Origin: an uncultured Weeksellaceae bacterium | GTDB lineage: Bacteria > Bacteroidota > Bacteroidia > Flavobacteriales > BACL11 | Length of the DNA stretch: 39,408 nt | Assembly (NCBI GenBank): GCA_964478325.1 | Contig: CAYZIA010000003.1 | Coordinates: 1 to 39,408 of the forward strand | Direction: 5' to 3' | Shown: positions 36,230 through 39,408 of the stretch, in pieces | Layout of the letters: each line of letters begins with the position of its first letter | Position numbering within the stretch: position 1 is the stretch's first letter | Notes under the pieces: model-generated | Seen by the model: only the letters and a program-made list of their open reading frames with translations | What the model was told of the DNA's origin: nothing | Database searches by the model: none | Translations under genes and position numbers: made by a program

Positions 36230-38845
36230 TCAATTACTGAGTTCCGTCAAATAATTATTTATAAAAAACTCATAATACTTTTCTATGTCTTGATATTTGA
36301 AAAAATGCTGAAAATTTTGTGCAGAAATGATTAGCTTTTGACTCTCTGTTTTCGATAGCTCATTATTCACCTTGCTTGCACTAGCAAAATCTTTATAGTA
36401 ATCTGCAGCTAAACTACTATTTTCAAATGTTTTTATCATAATAAGATGTCTATCTTGGCCGAGAAGTGTCGCTGTAATTTCAAATGTTTCTATACTATAT
36501 TGCTTACTATGATAATCCGAAAGCAGGGTTTTGATGAAATTAACATCCGTTTGTTCTTTTGGCATAATAAGCATAAAATAATGTGCTTCAGCTTGCTCAA
36601 AAATATAAGGCGTTCCTCTTTCTATTTCTTTGTTTATTTTTAGCATTTTTTCTGGATTTTCCAAAAGCGCGATGATTTCTTCTGCTTTAATTTTAACCTC
36701 TGACTCTGGATAGTTTTTAACGATTTTTACAAGTTCTTTTTTGAAATTTATACTATCATTGCTTTTACCTATCGCTAAAGCCTTTAGTAAATCATATTTT
36801 GATTTTAGCTCTTTGTTTTCTGTTTTAATTAAAATGGAATCACATTCTAAAATAACTGCTGTGTAATTTTTTTTGTTGTATAAAAGCAGTGTGTTTTCAT
36901 AATGTTCTTTTTGGTTTTTTTTGCGTTTTTCAATATTTGCTAAATAATTTGGCTGATTTAATAACTTGCTGTATTTACTTTCTGGAAAATTAGATAGTAA
37001 TTGGGCCTTACAGTTTTCTGCTTTTTTATTTTGACTTTGATCTATGTAAATAACATATAAATTATACAGCGCAAGAGGCGAATGGTTTTTGTTTTGAGGA
37101 TATCTTTCGCAAAGTTCGGTCAACATTTTTATTGCTTTTTTGTTTTCGTTTAAATAGCTTTTATAAATTATCCCTGCTTGAAAAAGCGCTTCCATTATTA
37201 AAAGGTGAGACGCCTCCATTTTTTCTTTTGTAAGTGGGATTATCTCTTTATAATATTTAGTATCTTTTTTGTTGGCTAACCTCTCTCTTCCTTCTTGATT
37301 TTGTGCAGTAGAGTCATTTTCTAGTTCTGTTGATATTTTTTTATCACTTCTTCTCCAATCGTCTTCGTTTTTTCTTTTCCCCCATTTTTTTACAAATTCT
37401 GAATATCCAAAACTAAGGGTTGCTGGATTGTAAAAATACCACCTTCCTCCGCTTGTTTTCTGTCCGAAATTATTTTCTCTTCCTCCAATACTATTACTTT
37501 CAAACCTTTGACTTGCCCTTTGTCTCTCCTGTTGTTTTTTCTCTAATTCCTTTTTTTGTTCAGCCGCTATGAGCTGATTTATTACTTGATTAAGCTTCCC
37601 CTCTGGAAGTCCCGCTAGTATTTGCAGGCTATCTTGTAGATTTATAGTGTTTATATAGCCAGCAAGCTCGGCAAGCAACAATTGCTTTTCTTTTATTTGA
37701 TTATACTCTTTGTGTTCTGAGTCCATAAAAATAATAGTGCTATCGTAAAAAACGGAAGAGTTCATATAATCTGATTTAACATAATATATTTTGGCCAATT
37801 CTAAAAATGAGCGAGCTTTTTGCACATCATTAAATTCACTTTTTTCAGCAGAAAGTTTAAAATTTTCTATTGCTAAAACACTATCCTCTTGCACTAAATC
37901 CATTTTAGCAATAGCGTAATATATTTGATCTAAATATTCTTTGTTTTTATCATCTTTTATCATTTTCATTAGTTCTGATCGAACTTTTTCAGATTGCTTG
38001 CTGTGGCCTTGTACACATTGCGCTTTATTTATTTTCGAATTAAAAACCATTTCATATTCCGGATTTGCATTTATCACCTTTTGATAATACCCGCTTGCTT
38101 TTTTGTAGTTTTGATGTTTTTGATTTAGTTGTGCTAAAATAAAATAGAATCTTGTTTTATTTTTTCTTTTTTTAATCAGTTTACACGCAGTGCTTAGTTC
38201 GTCTAATGTTAAAATATAATTTTCTTGTTTTAGGTAAAAATCTGCAAGTATAACTGCTAGCTGATCATCTAATTTTTCTGGAAATTTTCTGTCAGTTTGC
38301 AGCTCATCTAATTCCATTTCAGCAGCCACAAAATCTTCTTTTTCTGAAAAACATCTTGCAAGCCAAAGCGCTGCATCATATTTTATTGGAGCCCTTTTAT
38401 AACTTTCTTTTATATAATTAAATGTTTTTATTGCCTCATCAAATTCTCCTTTATAAAAATACGCCTTGCCAATCATAAAATAATTGTCGTCAATCCATTT
38501 ATTATACTCTCTTCCTTTTATGTTCATGGAGTGGGTTTGAATTGCAATTGATCCTTTTTCGATGGCTTTGTTCATATAAGGATGAATGGTTTGGTCTTTA
38601 GTTAAATCCCCCATTTTAAAAACTGGAATAATTTGCGAAAAATCATCTTTATAGTTTTCTTTTAATTTTCTTATTCCCGCCTTTAAACTTTCGTTTCCAT
38701 TAAAATAACTATTATATTTTGTTGTGGTTCTGTGATAATTCCTATTCATGAAATTATTCTTTTTTGTAGAACAAGAAGAGATTACTAGAGTAAGTGTAAC
38801 TAATATTAGTAATTTTTTGGCTTTATTTTTCTTTGTTAAATTCAT
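36230..38845 (-). CDS. sprE: T9SS TPR lipoprotein SprE/PorW
   Basis: Lipobox ISSC, STKKN...YHRTTTKYNSYFNG, HSM.IKGREYN, WYFYNP...F.KKWG.R...DDWR and TPR repeats. Located upstream of bactofilin/atp. Confidence 0.85.
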   Translation of the reverse strand: MNLTKKNKAKKLLILVTLTLVISSCSTKKNNFMNRNYHRTTTKYNSYFNGNESLKAGIRKLKENYKDDFSQIIPVFKMGDLTKDQTIHPYMNKAIEKGSIAIQTHSMNIKGREYNKWIDDNYFMIGKAYFYKGEFDEAIKTFNYIKESYKRAPIKYDAALWLARCFSEKEDFVAAEMELDELQTDRKFPEKLDDQLAVILADFYLKQENYILTLDELSTACKLIKKRKNKTRFYFILAQLNQKHQNYKKASGYYQKVINANPEYEMVFNSKINKAQCVQGHSKQSEKVRSELMKMIKDDKNKEYLDQIYYAIAKMDLVQEDSVLAIENFKLSAEKSEFNDVQKARSFLELAKIYYVKSDYMNSSVFYDSTIIFMDSEHKEYNQIKEKQLLLAELAGYINTINLQDSLQILAGLPEGKLNQVINQLIAAEQKKELEKKQQERQRASQRFESNSIGGRENNFGQKTSGGRWYFYNPATLSFGYSEFVKKWGKRKNEDDWRRSDKKISTELENDSTAQNQEGRERLANKKDTKYYKEIIPLTKEKMEASHLLIMEALFQAGIIYKSYLNENKKAIKMLTELCERYPQNKNHSPLALYNLYVIYIDQSQNKKAENCKAQLLSNFPESKYSKLLNQPNYLANIEKRKKNQKEHYENTLLLYNKKNYTAVILECDSILIKTENKELKSKYDLLKALAIGKSNDSINFKKELVKIVKNYPESEVKIKAEEIIALLENPEKMLKINKEIERGTPYIFEQAEAHYFMLIMPKEQTDVNFIKTLLSDYHSKQYSIETFEITATLLGQDRHLIMIKTFENSSLAADYYKDFASASKVNNELSKTESQKLIISAQNFQHFFKYQDIEKYYEFFINNYLTELSN

Positions 38846-38860
38846 TTACAGCAATTAAAC

Positions 38861-38878
38861 TAATTTTGCACAAAATTA
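38861..38878. promoter_or_regulatory. Two face-to-face -7 promoter elements (TAATTTTG-CA-CAAAATTA)
   Basis: Exact TAnnTTTG on + (38861-38868) and on - (38871-38878), between divergent genes. Confidence 0.55.
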
Positions 38879-38942
38879 TTTTATTTTTTGGTATGTTTTC
38901 AGCTATGGAGAATTTTTATTTTTTGGATATTTGCTCTTTATT

Positions 38943-39408
38943 ATGAAGAAAAAAAATGATATTACATTTTTAAGCAGATTAAAGGATACGTTTCGTTTAA
39001 TTGTAATGAACGATAACACCCTTGAAGAGCGGGTTTCAATTCGTTTTTCGACTCTAGAAATGCTTTCTCTTTTTTCTTTTGGAGGAGTTTTGTTATTTGT
39101 TTTTTTTCTATTACTTGTTGGTTACACTCCTATGAACGAGTTTATTCCAGGAAAAGCAAGTGGCCATTTGCATAAAGAGTTGATTGCTATAACTCTTAAA
39201 ACTGATTCTTTAGAAAAAAAATTGTTAGAAAACGAGCTATACCTAGAAAATATCTCTGCAATTGTAAATGGAGAAGATCCTATTGCTATACAAACAGAGG
39301 AGCCCTCTGCTAATAGCACTTTAGAAGGGGAGCTTTCGTTTAGAAAATCTAAAGAAGACTCTCTTTTAAGAATTGCGGTAGAAGCAGAAGATAAAATTTC
39401 TATTACTG
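38943..39408 (+). CDS. N-terminal part of a probable M23-family metallopeptidase (runs off the window)
   Basis: Not in the ORF track. MKKKND...FRLIVMNDNTLEERVSIRFS, TM helix, YTPMNEFIPG, DSLE...YLENI and EDSLLR match the usual N-terminus of Bacteroidota M23 proteins. The catalytic domain is not within the window. Confidence 0.7.
   Translation, partial: MKKKNDITFLSRLKDTFRLIVMNDNTLEERVSIRFSTLEMLSLFSFGGVLLFVFFLLLVGYTPMNEFIPGKASGHLHKELIAITLKTDSLEKKLLENELYLENISAIVNGEDPIAIQTEEPSANSTLEGELSFRKSKEDSLLRIAVEAEDKISIT

Overview
This is a gene-dense, AT-rich chromosomal segment from a Bacteroidota bacterium, most likely a streamlined Flavobacteriales-like lineage. The assignment rests on T9SS components and cargo, recurrent TAnnTTTG promoter elements, no visible Shine-Dalgarno motifs, and an atp operon lacking atpD/atpC. 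Left arm: partial gltX (-), then on + a DUF4175-like coiled-coil membrane protein, ybeY, mnmG, a SAM methyltransferase and two secreted T9SS-type cargo proteins (FN3 plus an unknown domain; thioredoxin-like WCGPC). These are followed by tRNA-Arg(UCG) (-), then porZ, recO, a TonB-dependent receptor and an Asp-box propeller T9SS cargo on +. Right arm: an unbroken ~20 kb run on the - strand, transcribed as sprE/porW, bactofilin, atpZ, atpI-like, atpBEFHAG, enoyl-CoA hydratase, flippase, dut, nucleotidyltransferase, TPR, DUF4292, envC, tatA, gatA, mltD, DUF4837. A divergent, truncated M23-type gene closes the window. Three genes missing from the ORF track were recovered by hand: gltX, tatA and the terminal M23-type gene. 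I found no mobile element, CRISPR array or defence system, and nothing here is a clearly novel multi-gene system. The most notable signals are non-coding: a parS site abutting the mnmG start, a repeated 25-bp symmetric IHF-like motif (together suggesting an origin-proximal locus), a palindrome made of two face-to-face promoters, and a hairpin after atpE. The uncharacterised secreted proteins are also worth a look.
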